A DNA stretch of 63,401 bases, the filler included, from Pseudobdellovibrionaceae bacterium (GTDB taxonomy: Bacteria; Bdellovibrionota; Bdellovibrionia; Bdellovibrionales; UBA1609), in assembly GCA_030591685.1 (NCBI GenBank). It is 11 parts of 11 records of this genome, joined end to end, with 100 filler letters (N's around TTAATTAATTAA, not from the genome) between each part and the next. Parts side by side here need not be neighbours in the genome. Positions count along the whole stretch, not along the records: positions 1 to 16,334 come from JAUVAX010000048.1; 10 more parts are not named here. One strand, given 5' to 3'. The position numbers and the translations under genes were made by a program. This document shows positions 1 to 10,400 of the stretch, in pieces (positions within the stretch are counted from its first letter, which is position 1; each line of letters begins with the position of its first letter). Under the pieces are notes generated by a model. It did no database searches, was not told the origin of the DNA, and saw only the letters and a program-made list of their open reading frames with translations.

Positions 1-165
1 CCACGCCCCCCACCCCGACTCCATTTCCCTAAAAAATCACAGTTAACGCACTCTGCCCCAAGGCCTTGTTACTCTTTTTGATACGTTTCTAATTGTAGAA
101 CTTTATGGCAAATTCTCATTATTCAACAATAAAGAGCTTCTAAATCAAAAGGGCCCTCCTTCGCC

Positions 166-181
166 TGGCACATGGTTTGCT
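166..181 (+). promoter_or_regulatory. sigma-54 (-24/-12) promoter
   Basis: TGGCAC-ATGGT-TTGCT is an exact TGGCAC-N5-TTGC match, 50 bp upstream of the ATG at 232. Confidence 0.8.
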
Positions 182-231
182 CTTAATAGTATGAAGTGGG
201 TCTTCTCCCCTCCAACCATGAAGGGTAAAAA

Positions 232-1191
232 ATGGGCAGAATAAGTGCTAAACAAATAATTGTTCTCTTTGCAGTGACATCCCTCATGATTCCTTTTCAT
301 AATTGCACTCAAGATGTTGAGTTTGATGGCATTGCAAGCCAGAGTTCACTTGGAAATACCCCTGATGAAGGCATCATTGATGAAGTCAATAATGGGGAGA
401 CCACTCAAATCACAGAGCGATTTAATGAAACGGTTTCTAAGTCTGAAGGGCAAGTAGACTTAATATGGATTGTCGATAACTCTGGCTCTATGGGGACAGA
501 GGCTGCCATTGTAAGAAATAATTTGGCAAGTTTTCTCAATTTTATAAAAGATGCGTCTGATTTTAAATTTAAATTAATTTCTAAACGAGGCAATGATGAC
601 AACAATGTGAGTCTCCCCTTTCCTTCCTCAGAACAATTTTCGCAAATAGATCAAGAAATAGGTAGTCATGACAGTATTAAACAATTACGTAATATTGTAA
701 ATTCTGGTGATTTAGATGATTTCTTTAGGCCTGGTGCACTTAAATATATTGTCTTTGTAACTGATGATAATTCTGATCTCAGCAAGGGGCACCTCCTTGA
801 TCTGTTCAGTGAGGAGTTTCCTGAAGAAATACTTAAAGTATCAGGCTTTATTGGCCTCGGGGGAGTAATATCTCCGTGCCAAAAACGCACGGGTCTTGTT
901 TACAGTGCTTTAGCACTTAAAACGGGTGGCTATATGTTTAATATATGTAAAGAGGATTGGTCAGAAAATTTTGATAAATTAGCCAACCACATTGTTGAAT
1001 CCGCTAATAATAAATTTAAGCTGTCTTACACGAACATAAAATCTATAGATAAAGTCACCGTCAATGGTAATGACATTGACTTGAGTAAAGTTGACCTCAG
1101 TGGATACAATGTTTTTATTAATACCGATATTAAATCATATGCCGTAGACGATAAGTTAAGCATCGAAATTACGTACACCATAAATAATTAA
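232..1191 (+). CDS. vWA-domain lipoprotein
   Basis: Signal peptide ending FHNC; MIDAS motif DLIWIVDNSGSM; later VFVTDD. Confidence 0.75.
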   Translation: MGRISAKQIIVLFAVTSLMIPFHNCTQDVEFDGIASQSSLGNTPDEGIIDEVNNGETTQITERFNETVSKSEGQVDLIWIVDNSGSMGTEAAIVRNNLASFLNFIKDASDFKFKLISKRGNDDNNVSLPFPSSEQFSQIDQEIGSHDSIKQLRNIVNSGDLDDFFRPGALKYIVFVTDDNSDLSKGHLLDLFSEEFPEEILKVSGFIGLGGVISPCQKRTGLVYSALALKTGGYMFNICKEDWSENFDKLANHIVESANNKFKLSYTNIKSIDKVTVNGNDIDLSKVDLSGYNVFINTDIKSYAVDDKLSIEITYTINN

Positions 1192-1224
1192 TCATTTATT
1201 GTATCTTCAAAAAAATTAAAACTG

Positions 1225-1926
1225 CTACTGCTGACCTTTCCAAAAAAGTAAAACTGTATCAGCCACTATTGCAGGGTCAGCAAGTTGAGCATCTGTAAGA
1301 CCAACAAGCGCTGAACTTAATGTTTGGCATTCTGTGCTTTCGGTATTAGCACCACTGCAATAAACCTCATTCATGACAATAACTGTTTCACCAATTTCAT
1401 CTTTATCAGCCTGTGAACAATTATTTAACGTAGCACAATCATCTAAAAGGGTATTAACAGCAGCAGGACTAGCATTGGAACATGTTAAGGCTCCTTTACA
1501 TAAAAGGGTCCCAATACTTGAAAATGATGATATCCCAATAAGCCCCTTCTCACCTGAAAGCTTACAAATATCGCGAGCCTCTGTCGCCTTTGTCTTATTT
1601 TCAGTCGGCGTAGGGTATTTGTTAAATGAAAAGTCTGTCATCATTGAACTCTCACTACCCGAGTCTTGTTGCTTGAAGGCATTGACCATGCGAGCTGTTG
1701 TTATGCCTCCGGCTGTTAATAAGATAGAGCACTTAATCGCATTAGCCTCTGGGGAGTTTAAATTTTGAACCCCATTTAAACAAGCTAGTACATCTGCTTG
1801 AACATTTTCGTCGACTCTGTTTAAACAGGCCTGAGCATCAAACAAGCTCTCCTCTTTACAAGCGAGTGTTGATAAAAGAACTGCTGCTAATAAAACTTTT
1901 AATATATTGTTCATCTGTAACCTCAT
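1225..1926 (-). CDS. Cys-rich lipoprotein, hypothetical (start may be 1914)
   Basis: Lipobox-like TLAC after a hydrophobic stretch; many Cys. Confidence 0.65.
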   Translation of the reverse strand: MRLQMNNILKVLLAAVLLSTLACKEESLFDAQACLNRVDENVQADVLACLNGVQNLNSPEANAIKCSILLTAGGITTARMVNAFKQQDSGSESSMMTDFSFNKYPTPTENKTKATEARDICKLSGEKGLIGISSFSSIGTLLCKGALTCSNASPAAVNTLLDDCATLNNCSQADKDEIGETVIVMNEVYCSGANTESTECQTLSSALVGLTDAQLADPAIVADTVLLFWKGQQ

Positions 1927-1985
1927 TGTTTTTTTAATTTTACCTTAAACCTTTATATATAGTAAATCCAGTGTCTCAAAAAAGA

Positions 1986-3182
1986 CTAAAAATCTAAACT
2001 CATCTCGAACATATACCTTCTGCTCTCAACGGGATTGGCACTGGACCCTAACTCTTCACCGTAAGATACTAAGTCCATTTGAAACCACGAAAATCGAGCC
2101 CCCACACCATAGGTTAAGTAACCTTGGTTAAGCCCTAGGGCCCAAGACCCCTTCCACCAATCAAAAATTCTCCAGTACAATTCGGCCCCTAAATGAAAAC
2201 CCTTTTTAAAAGTCCACTGGTCGTGAAGGATATCCTTTATATCTACCGCTAAGTGAGGGTCAAAAACCCAAAAATCAGGTAAGTCCCACACCGAGCCTAA
2301 ATCTAATCGCCGCTGCAGCTTGGGCGGCTCTCCGGAGGTTTCACTCACAGTATTTAGGTTTGTCGTAAATCCGTAGTCCGCAACGTTACGCAGTACAGCC
2401 GAAAAGGTGGGCTTGGCAGCTCTAAACCAGCTCCTTACACCAGTATCAGGAAGCTTCGGAGTGAACATGACCCCTAAATCAGCATCTAAAGTTAAACCCT
2501 CATCGGCATCGTCTTTATTAAAAAAATCACCATTATTTGAAACCGCTTTGGCTACAGAAATAACCTCACCAACAAATATTCTATTTATAAGCTTAGCTGT
2601 GACTCCGACAGAAAGTGTACCGTCCCAAGAAAACCACTTTTTAAACCAATCCACATTACGCCCATAACCGTAGGCAATGGTGGTATCATTGGTTAAATTG
2701 ATGTTTATTGCGGGCCCGCCGCCGCTTCTGTTAACCACCATGTCTAAGTTAACGTCCATGGGTATAAAGGCTACGCCCCAGTTAGGGCGAACCCACGTAC
2801 CCGCAAGTTTTGGAAACCGAGCATGAAAGTTCTTACCAAAATTTTTGTTTAAAACCGCCGTCATGGCGTCAATTTCAGTTCCGGGAGTCGCCTCGGCCGC
2901 GGTGCTGACATCATCGGCAAAAGTTGAAAAATCATCCGAGATCCCACCGCCTAAACTACCATGCATAGCTGCCGTTTTTCGCCGAGCCAATGCGGCAGGG
3001 TTATAAAGTATCGCGTTGTAATCATCGACAACAGCAGTAAAGGCATTACCCATGGCTAAAGCCCTTAAGCTCAAATATGGCTGATGAATACCGTTAAATG
3101 AAGAGTAGGTCGCTGGCTCTGATTGAGCTACTACTGATAGCATTGATATGATCCCTATGATCGTGATTCCTCTTTTAAGCAT
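1986..3182 (-). CDS. outer-membrane beta-barrel, TraF/FadL/PorV-like
   Basis: RALAMGNAFTAVVDDYNAILYNPAALA N-terminal motif; signal peptide; C-terminal Phe. Confidence 0.7.
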   Translation of the reverse strand: MLKRGITIIGIISMLSVVAQSEPATYSSFNGIHQPYLSLRALAMGNAFTAVVDDYNAILYNPAALARRKTAAMHGSLGGGISDDFSTFADDVSTAAEATPGTEIDAMTAVLNKNFGKNFHARFPKLAGTWVRPNWGVAFIPMDVNLDMVVNRSGGGPAININLTNDTTIAYGYGRNVDWFKKWFSWDGTLSVGVTAKLINRIFVGEVISVAKAVSNNGDFFNKDDADEGLTLDADLGVMFTPKLPDTGVRSWFRAAKPTFSAVLRNVADYGFTTNLNTVSETSGEPPKLQRRLDLGSVWDLPDFWVFDPHLAVDIKDILHDQWTFKKGFHLGAELYWRIFDWWKGSWALGLNQGYLTYGVGARFSWFQMDLVSYGEELGSSANPVESRRYMFEMSLDF

Positions 3183-3249
3183 TTTTTTTAGCTCCTAGAA
3201 TTATTTATTTTTATATACAAACAAGCCTGAGTTGGTACATACTTTTTTA

Positions 3250-3840
3250 ATGAACACCTCTAGACTAATCGTTTTTCTTTCAATGGTCACAGCAACTCTG
3301 ACCAGTTTTGCAAATCCCAACTTAGAGCCAGAACATAACTCTAAAAACAACAAATCACTAGAGTCTTTTGAAGTCACGACCCCTCTACCTATTAAAAAAC
3401 AGCAGGAGGTCTCCTATCACTATCCCTTTTTACAGTCCAGCTCACCTAGACTTGGCCTGTTGATCAACCCCAGTGATTCACTCAATGCCGATTTTACTTT
3501 TGGGTTCACCTACTTATTCCCTGAATACAATTCACCCCACTGGGAAATAGGGTTTGATATGACAACCGACGCTACGGCTTTTATTCACCTTGCAAAAAGA
3601 CATATATTTTATGAACGAAAACCTTTTAGGCCCTTTTATAAATACGGCTTAGGACTTCTTCTAGAGCCTAAAAAAAATATGGCAGGGCTCGTAGAGCTCC
3701 AAAATTATCATGCCAGAGTATCCATTGGCCTAGAAGACTCGCTTGATGCGCCAATGAGTGCTCGTGTCGAGCTGGAAGTCATTGCCGCTCAGCCGAATCT
3801 GTTAGTATCTTTAAATATTGGGTTTTCGTGGGGCTGGTAG
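3250..3840 (+). CDS. hypothetical outer-membrane beta-barrel protein
   Basis: Signal peptide from the ATG at 3250; amphipathic strands; ends GFSWGW. Confidence 0.6.
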   Translation: MNTSRLIVFLSMVTATLTSFANPNLEPEHNSKNNKSLESFEVTTPLPIKKQQEVSYHYPFLQSSSPRLGLLINPSDSLNADFTFGFTYLFPEYNSPHWEIGFDMTTDATAFIHLAKRHIFYERKPFRPFYKYGLGLLLEPKKNMAGLVELQNYHARVSIGLEDSLDAPMSARVELEVIAAQPNLLVSLNIGFSWGW

Positions 3841-3868
3841 GGGCTAAAAAAATAATCTAAAAGTACCA

Positions 3869-4465
3869 TTAACTTTTTATTAATTGCTGTACTACTAATT
3901 TTACTTTTTCCTCTAGCTCAACTAAACTACCGTTATTATTAATTATAAAATCTGCGAGTTTTTCTTTTTCACACAGCGGTAATTGATTTTTTATTCGAGC
4001 TAAAATATCTTTTTCAGAAATCCCACTTCTTTTCTGGGTTCGGCTCACCTGTAGCTCCTGAGTACTAGATATTAAAATTACGCTATCAAAATTTTCTTGC
4101 ATTTTTTTTTCATACAACAAGGGCACGTCATAAAAAGATAGAGCAACACCCTCTGCTATAAGTTCACTTTTTTTGTCGGCAATATAAGACTGAACCAGAG
4201 GGTGCACAATTTGCTCCAAATGATATAACCTTTTACTATCATTAAAAACAATTTTACCTAATTTTAAACGATCAATATTTCCTTTTAAATCTAATATTGA
4301 GTCACCAAAGTCATCTAGAACACTATTGTATCCGGGTGTTCCTTTTTGTAACGATTTTGTTGCGACCTTGTCTGCGTCTAGTACTGAGTAATTTAAGGAC
4401 CTTAGTATGTCTGATGCCGTAGACTTACCTGTACCTATACCACCAGTGAGCCCTACCCATAACAT
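3869..4465 (-). CDS. coaE: dephospho-CoA kinase
   Basis: VGLTGGIGTGKST P-loop, DAD, IVHP, DVPLLYE. Confidence 0.95.
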   Translation of the reverse strand: MLWVGLTGGIGTGKSTASDILRSLNYSVLDADKVATKSLQKGTPGYNSVLDDFGDSILDLKGNIDRLKLGKIVFNDSKRLYHLEQIVHPLVQSYIADKKSELIAEGVALSFYDVPLLYEKKMQENFDSVILISSTQELQVSRTQKRSGISEKDILARIKNQLPLCEKEKLADFIINNNGSLVELEEKVKLVVQQLIKS

Positions 4466-4552
4466 TACTAGACCTTTGTAAAGTTGATGTATTTAAATTA
4501 ACTATAAGGTACCCGATTTCCGATAAAAATAAAAGAACAAAGGGATCGGTGA

Positions 4553-6520
4553 GTGTCAAAACAACCAGAACAGTTTGGTAAATTTATTTTGCTCGATAAA
4601 ATCGCGGCCGGTGGTATGGCTGAGATTTTCTTAGCAAAAGCACCTGGTGTGAGTGGCATTAGTAAGTTTCTTGCGATAAAACGAATCCTACCCCAATACT
4701 CTGACAATGAAGACTTTATCCGCATGTTCAAGGATGAGGCGAAAATAGTTATTAATTTATCTCATAGAAATATCGTGGCCATGTATGAGTTCGGTGTGGA
4801 AGAAAAGCAATTTTATATCATCATGGATTATGTTGAGGGTAAAAACTTACGTCAGATCCTTAATAAAATGAAAAAAAAGGACACCTACTTAACCACCGCA
4901 CAAATTGTATATATTATTAAAGAAGTCGCCGGAGGGCTTGATCATGCCCACAGGTGCTTAGACAGCGCCACCGGAAAACCTCTTAATATTACCCACAGAG
5001 ACATCAGCCCGCAAAATATTATGGTCAGTTATGATGGCGATGTTCGAATTGTTGATTTTGGTATTGCTAAAGCAGAAAGCCAACTTGAAAATACAAAAGC
5101 GGGCACTCTAAAGGGCAAGTTCGGGTATATGAGCCCAGAACAGTCTGAAGGTCAGCCCGTTGACTTAAGAACAGATATCTTTTCATTAGGTACAGTATTG
5201 TGGGAGCTTATAGCTAACGATCGCTTGTTTATCTCTAATAATGAAATAAACACCCTTAGAAAAATCAGGGAATGTAAAATACCTGATTTAAAAAAATATG
5301 ACCCAAATATTCATCCTGAATTAGAGCGAATCATTAAAAAATCACTCGCAAAAGATCGTAATCATCGGTATCAAACAGCCTCTGCGATGAATAAAGACCT
5401 CAACAGATTTTTAAACAGGCAGTACCCTGACTTTAGTGTTCATGACCTTTCTGTATCAATTAAAACAATTTCGGCTGACGAAATTTTAAAACATAGAAAA
5501 AAACTAGTCGAGTATTCAAACTTACAGTTTAATGATCCACAACCAATGCCTGAACCCACAATAACAAAAACTTTTGATGGTGCGTCACACGTATCAACGA
5601 CTAGTGAAAATGCGGATGTTTCTGAGATAAAAACTCGCGTGGGTGTAGTAAATCAAAATGTTGACCTTGATATACACTCAATTAATAATTCTTTAAATAA
5701 TGACTCTGCTTATTCGGGCCAACGTAGCTCGCTGAGAAATGACTACTATAAGAGCATCGGGAAAGACGACTCCTCTAGAAAGAGAAGGAAAAATAAAGGC
5801 TTAAACTCTTCAGACTTACTTTATAAGAAAAACTCAAAATCATCCACTTTAAAGACTTTTTTAAGTGTTGGGCTCGCGGGACTACTTATAGTATATGGTG
5901 TATTTTCGTTTAATGGGTATGACCTGTCTTGTGAAGGTGGGTCTTGTATAATACTTAGGGGCAATATTACAAACCCCTCTACGGGGAGCAACCATGTTTT
6001 ACCCACAGCTCAACCCAGTAATACCAAAGATGACCCAATTATAATTAAAAATAATGATGTTCGGCCCTCAAAAACTTTTGGTTACTTAATGATCCAAAGA
6101 AAACCCTCAGGAGCTATAATATATATCAATAACAGAACAAGTGGAGACGTCACCCCCTCAAAGGTTATCGTCCCTGACCACGAAAAATTCAGCTTAAAAC
6201 TGAAAAGAGGCAACTACTTAGACTATACTAAAGAGGACATACAGCTCTCAAAAATAACCACCAAAAAAATGTCTATCACTCTCATTGAGGCTAAGGTGGC
6301 TTACATTGACATCGATGTAAGGCCCCCAGGTGGCGCTCAGGTGATTATTAATAACAAAATATTACGTGGTCACCGTTTGCCAATTCGAGGTTTTGCTGTC
6401 CCCTCCGGAAAGGCTGTTAAGATAGAGGCTCGAAGCCCCTACTCTAAAGAGAGCACCATTAAGACTGTCACTTTAAAAAATAGAGAACATGTTTCTTTAA
6501 TATTAAAGCTTAAAAAATAA
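4553..6520 (+). CDS. Hanks-type Ser/Thr kinase with a TM helix and C-terminal PEGA-like domains
   Basis: GGMAEIF, HRDISPQN, DFGIAK, YMSPEQ; TM segment; PSGAIIYIN and PGGAQVIIN repeats. Confidence 0.9.
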   Translation: MSKQPEQFGKFILLDKIAAGGMAEIFLAKAPGVSGISKFLAIKRILPQYSDNEDFIRMFKDEAKIVINLSHRNIVAMYEFGVEEKQFYIIMDYVEGKNLRQILNKMKKKDTYLTTAQIVYIIKEVAGGLDHAHRCLDSATGKPLNITHRDISPQNIMVSYDGDVRIVDFGIAKAESQLENTKAGTLKGKFGYMSPEQSEGQPVDLRTDIFSLGTVLWELIANDRLFISNNEINTLRKIRECKIPDLKKYDPNIHPELERIIKKSLAKDRNHRYQTASAMNKDLNRFLNRQYPDFSVHDLSVSIKTISADEILKHRKKLVEYSNLQFNDPQPMPEPTITKTFDGASHVSTTSENADVSEIKTRVGVVNQNVDLDIHSINNSLNNDSAYSGQRSSLRNDYYKSIGKDDSSRKRRKNKGLNSSDLLYKKNSKSSTLKTFLSVGLAGLLIVYGVFSFNGYDLSCEGGSCIILRGNITNPSTGSNHVLPTAQPSNTKDDPIIIKNNDVRPSKTFGYLMIQRKPSGAIIYINNRTSGDVTPSKVIVPDHEKFSLKLKRGNYLDYTKEDIQLSKITTKKMSITLIEAKVAYIDIDVRPPGGAQVIINNKILRGHRLPIRGFAVPSGKAVKIEARSPYSKESTIKTVTLKNREHVSLILKLKK

Positions 6521-6524
6521 TTTG

Positions 6525-7334
6525 TTAATTTCTTGTATCGATATAGAACCTAAAACCAACCCCTATATATGCCCCACTCATACTTAATGTTAAAGGCGAA
6601 CTTGAGTTGTCATTAAGAATACTTCCACTTGTTACAGCACCATTTATACTCTCACCTGTATAGTCATTATTTACACTTAGTGCATCTAAAAATCGATACC
6701 CTAATGTTGCATAGAAGGTGACATTATCAGTGAATAAATCTTCATACCCCAGGCCAAAGTGATAGTTAATAAAACTCGACTTAGCCTCCCCCATATAATC
6801 GGCTGATACATTTGTAAAATCAGTCAACCCTGTTGGTGTAAATACATATGTGTTTTTAAGGGTCATTTGCCCCCACCCTGCCCCCATATAAAAATAAGTT
6901 CTTGAGACCTCATCATGCTTAAAGTTGAACTCCATTGTAAAGTGAGGGTTAAACACTTCAAGTTCACTTTTTAAAGTAAACCGTTCTGTCACTCCATCGG
7001 CCCTGAACCCCTTGATACCCTCTTTCGTTGGGACCTTTATCAGCTCTGCTGCAAACTTTAAACTTAGTTTTCGACGAATGGTCATTAAAAACCCAAACTC
7101 AACAGCCTGAGTGTACGATGGAGCTGAACCTGAACTGAAGGTCGTATCAGCACCACTTAATTTTGAAAAATAATTGTCGCTAATACCTGAGGCGTCGCCT
7201 AAATTACCTGCAAAGTAGGCTGATACGTTTTCCATAGAAAACTTGAAAACTCTTGCGTGAGAGTTTAAAGACACAAGTAGAAATACAAAAAAAACTATAG
7301 TCCTCAAAAAAAAGCCCCTTAAAATTAATACCAC
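6525..7334 (-). CDS. outer-membrane beta-barrel protein
   Basis: Signal peptide SHA; ends GAYIGVGFRFY. Confidence 0.65.
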   Translation of the reverse strand: MVLILRGFFLRTIVFFVFLLVSLNSHARVFKFSMENVSAYFAGNLGDASGISDNYFSKLSGADTTFSSGSAPSYTQAVEFGFLMTIRRKLSLKFAAELIKVPTKEGIKGFRADGVTERFTLKSELEVFNPHFTMEFNFKHDEVSRTYFYMGAGWGQMTLKNTYVFTPTGLTDFTNVSADYMGEAKSSFINYHFGLGYEDLFTDNVTFYATLGYRFLDALSVNNDYTGESINGAVTSGSILNDNSSSPLTLSMSGAYIGVGFRFYIDTRN

Positions 7335-7481
7335 TGACTAGGGGTTATTATAATCAATTAAAAGAGTGCAACATACTGGACTTCAGTCGATTTTATATTA
7401 AGACATCGGCTCAGCATAGACCAAAGCAAACAATGTGCTGTTTTTACACCTTAAAAAACAACACATTATTTAACAGATGGC

Positions 7482-10400
7482 TTAATGAGAAAACAAAACC
7501 CGGCAAGAGTTTTGACTTGATTGCCCCCTTGAGGGCCTTGAAAAGGTTTTCACTTTGGCTTTTTTAATACCTGATCTTATTTTATCGAAGGGCTTAAGGT
7601 AATAATTCTCCCACATATACTTACTCATTGTTGTGTATAAAATGCCATAAAAAGCGAGGCTAAAAGCCCCCCATTTAGCTATTGTTTCAATATTTAGGTT
7701 TTCGGGTTCATAACTGTCATAACTCAGCTCAATACCCAGGTACGTTGTTAATAAGGCACCTAAACCAAAAGTGGTTACGTTAGCTACAGTACTGTTTGGA
7801 GTATTAAATACCGGCGAGTGCATTAAACTATAATCGGCCAGGTTTTTTGCAAACGAACTGTCTTGACGGATCAACTGCCTTGCATCGAGCTGCTTATATA
7901 CCACGGCCTCTAACTGTTCATAAGAAGCTCTTAACCCCTTATCATCATTCGCTTCAAGGGCTTTATACATTTTACCAGCAACACCTAAAATTTCTTTTCG
8001 GGCCGGGTCCATAAGGGCCTTGATGATATCTTTTCTATTTAAACGATCCTCATTAATATTTAGTCCCTTTTCTGATTGCCGGATCATATTATAAACTGGG
8101 GTCAGAGCCATGCGGCCAGATTTTTGATAAAGCCTTGTTAAATCATCAAAAGATTTTTCAACAAGAGCCTCATCGTGATCTCTAAACCCTTTTAAAATAT
8201 TTTGTATAATAGTTTCGTGTTGACCTCTATATACACCAACACGCCCCTCTTCACTGGAGTTTCCGACGTCTATTATCATCCACGGCCAAGCAAAATAAAG
8301 CTCTGCAGCGACCCATGAAAACCAACCAGCCATCCACGCGGCCTCCATAGACTGCCCCCCTAAAGACCATCTCATTAAAACGGCCAATGTGATACCTGCT
8401 TGTACTGTGTTGAAGCGTCTTACAAACCCCTTTAAGTAATACCCACCAAGGTTTGTTTTGTGAAACTTTAAAACATTAGCCGTCCAGCTATAAGCGCCCT
8501 TAAAGAAACCCTCTGTTCGGTTAGCCGCACTTATTTGTTGCTGTTCAATAGGGGTGTAATTGCCCTCACTTACTGGTACAGTTTTTTGCATAACGAGCAT
8601 TCGTCTTGGGCCAGCCATAACTAAGTGAATTAATGTATTGTTTGTTACATCTGTTAAATGAGGTGGCGGAGTGTCTAAAAAGAAATCCGGATTATGCACT
8701 ATTTGATGTGGCTTATTTTCGGCTAATAATTTACCCACCTCAGACCGCACGCCCCCAAGTATTGGGACACCTACGACCATTGTGTGATCTTGCCAAAACT
8801 CCCTAAATGTTTGATCTGCAACATATTTATTTGCAGTTTTGCTCCTTAGAAAATTATTTTCCTCAACCCCAAAATAACCCCATGCTTTTGCTGTGTTTGA
8901 ACCCAAAAGTGTAAATTTATTTTTAAGGTCTAAAATAATATTTTTTAGTTTAGGGTTACTCTGAACCTGCTCAGCCTTTTGTTTAGCAATTTCATAGAAG
9001 CTCTCTAAATCATTAATGTCTAATTTATCAATATCTTTACCTTGAGAATTAATAATTCTTTGAATCTCGTGCCTAACGGCAAAAGCCGTACGGCGCCATT
9101 TTTTTTGTAACTCGGGGGACTTTTGTATCTCCTGCAGCTGTTTTAAACTCATCTCGTTTGTAACAAGTGCGAAAAGTGTGGCCGGGTCAATATTGTTTTC
9201 ATAGTAAACAGCAAAGGCAGCTAATTTAAAAGCTAATGACCTTGTAATTGTTTTTTCATTTGTAGACACCCTTAGAGCTTTATCTTTGAGTGCTAACTCA
9301 TTTATTTTAATTGATTTATCTTTACTGTAAACTTTTAGTAAGTTTGTAAATCCTAAATAAGTCGACTGGCCTGGTTGCAGGTTTAACTTTTGACCTATAA
9401 CAGAGTTTGCCTTAATGTTTTTAAACGGATTGAGCCCCGCCTTCCATACCCTTACAGTGGGTTGACTTAAAAATGTCTCTAAAGCTGTATTCATATATGG
9501 CTTTATTAAAACCGCATAGGGAAACGCTGAAATAGTAATGATTCTTTGCATAACACTGATGTCTTCATATTTATTTATGATTCTTTTTAATGAGTTGTGA
9601 ATTTTTTGACTTAAAGGCCCCGACACTTGTTTGTTTATAACGGCCAGGTCATACATGTTTTGTACTCTTTTTAATATAGGTACAATAGCGTAGCCATATA
9701 ACATCGTTAATGGGATGAGGGCCATAAGGTAAGTCCCACCTCGTATAGCGGCCCATCTAAACTCTGAGTCTTTAAGAACCTCAGAGGCATATGTGTCCCA
9801 TAAATTATTAATCGTAAAATAATACTCATGAGCAATGGTTGGTGAAAACCCCTCTAAAGCCCGACCCCCGGCCCATGCCGTTAAACCCGCTGCTGAGAGG
9901 GCTAAAACAACTTTGCCAAAAGTTTTAACGCTGCGACTTCTTAATTTATCAAGCAATGTACCTGAGAGTTGGTGAAACCCTGTGTTACCTGTAATATAAG
10001 ATTTTAAAATTTCACTGTAATCTTGTCGGTAGTCTTCACTGGTTTGCTGGGCTTTTATACCATTTATGTCTTGCTGAATGCGTTCAGCGTCTTGAATGTC
10101 TGCGGCCTTAGCGCGGCTTTCTAACTCTGAAATTATAGACTTAGATTGAGAGTTGATTTTTTCATAAGTCCCTGCCCACTGAAGCAAAGTAAACTGGTCA
10201 TGTTTTGATTGTTTTTGCCCTTCAAATTTTTTAACACGACTGACCAGGTCTCTCATTTTTTTTTGATCAAAAGAGGCAAAAAACCTTTTAACTAGCAAAT
10301 CTTCATCCATAGTCATTTTATTAACTTGTGATTGCAGCCTTTGCACCTCAGCCTCGGCATTGGCATAGGATTCAATAAAAGCTAAAATATCATGAATAGG

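Noticed and set aside
1986..3182. Conjugative element suggested by a TraF-like gene
   Set aside because: No relaxase, VirB4 or other transfer genes; flanked by housekeeping genes
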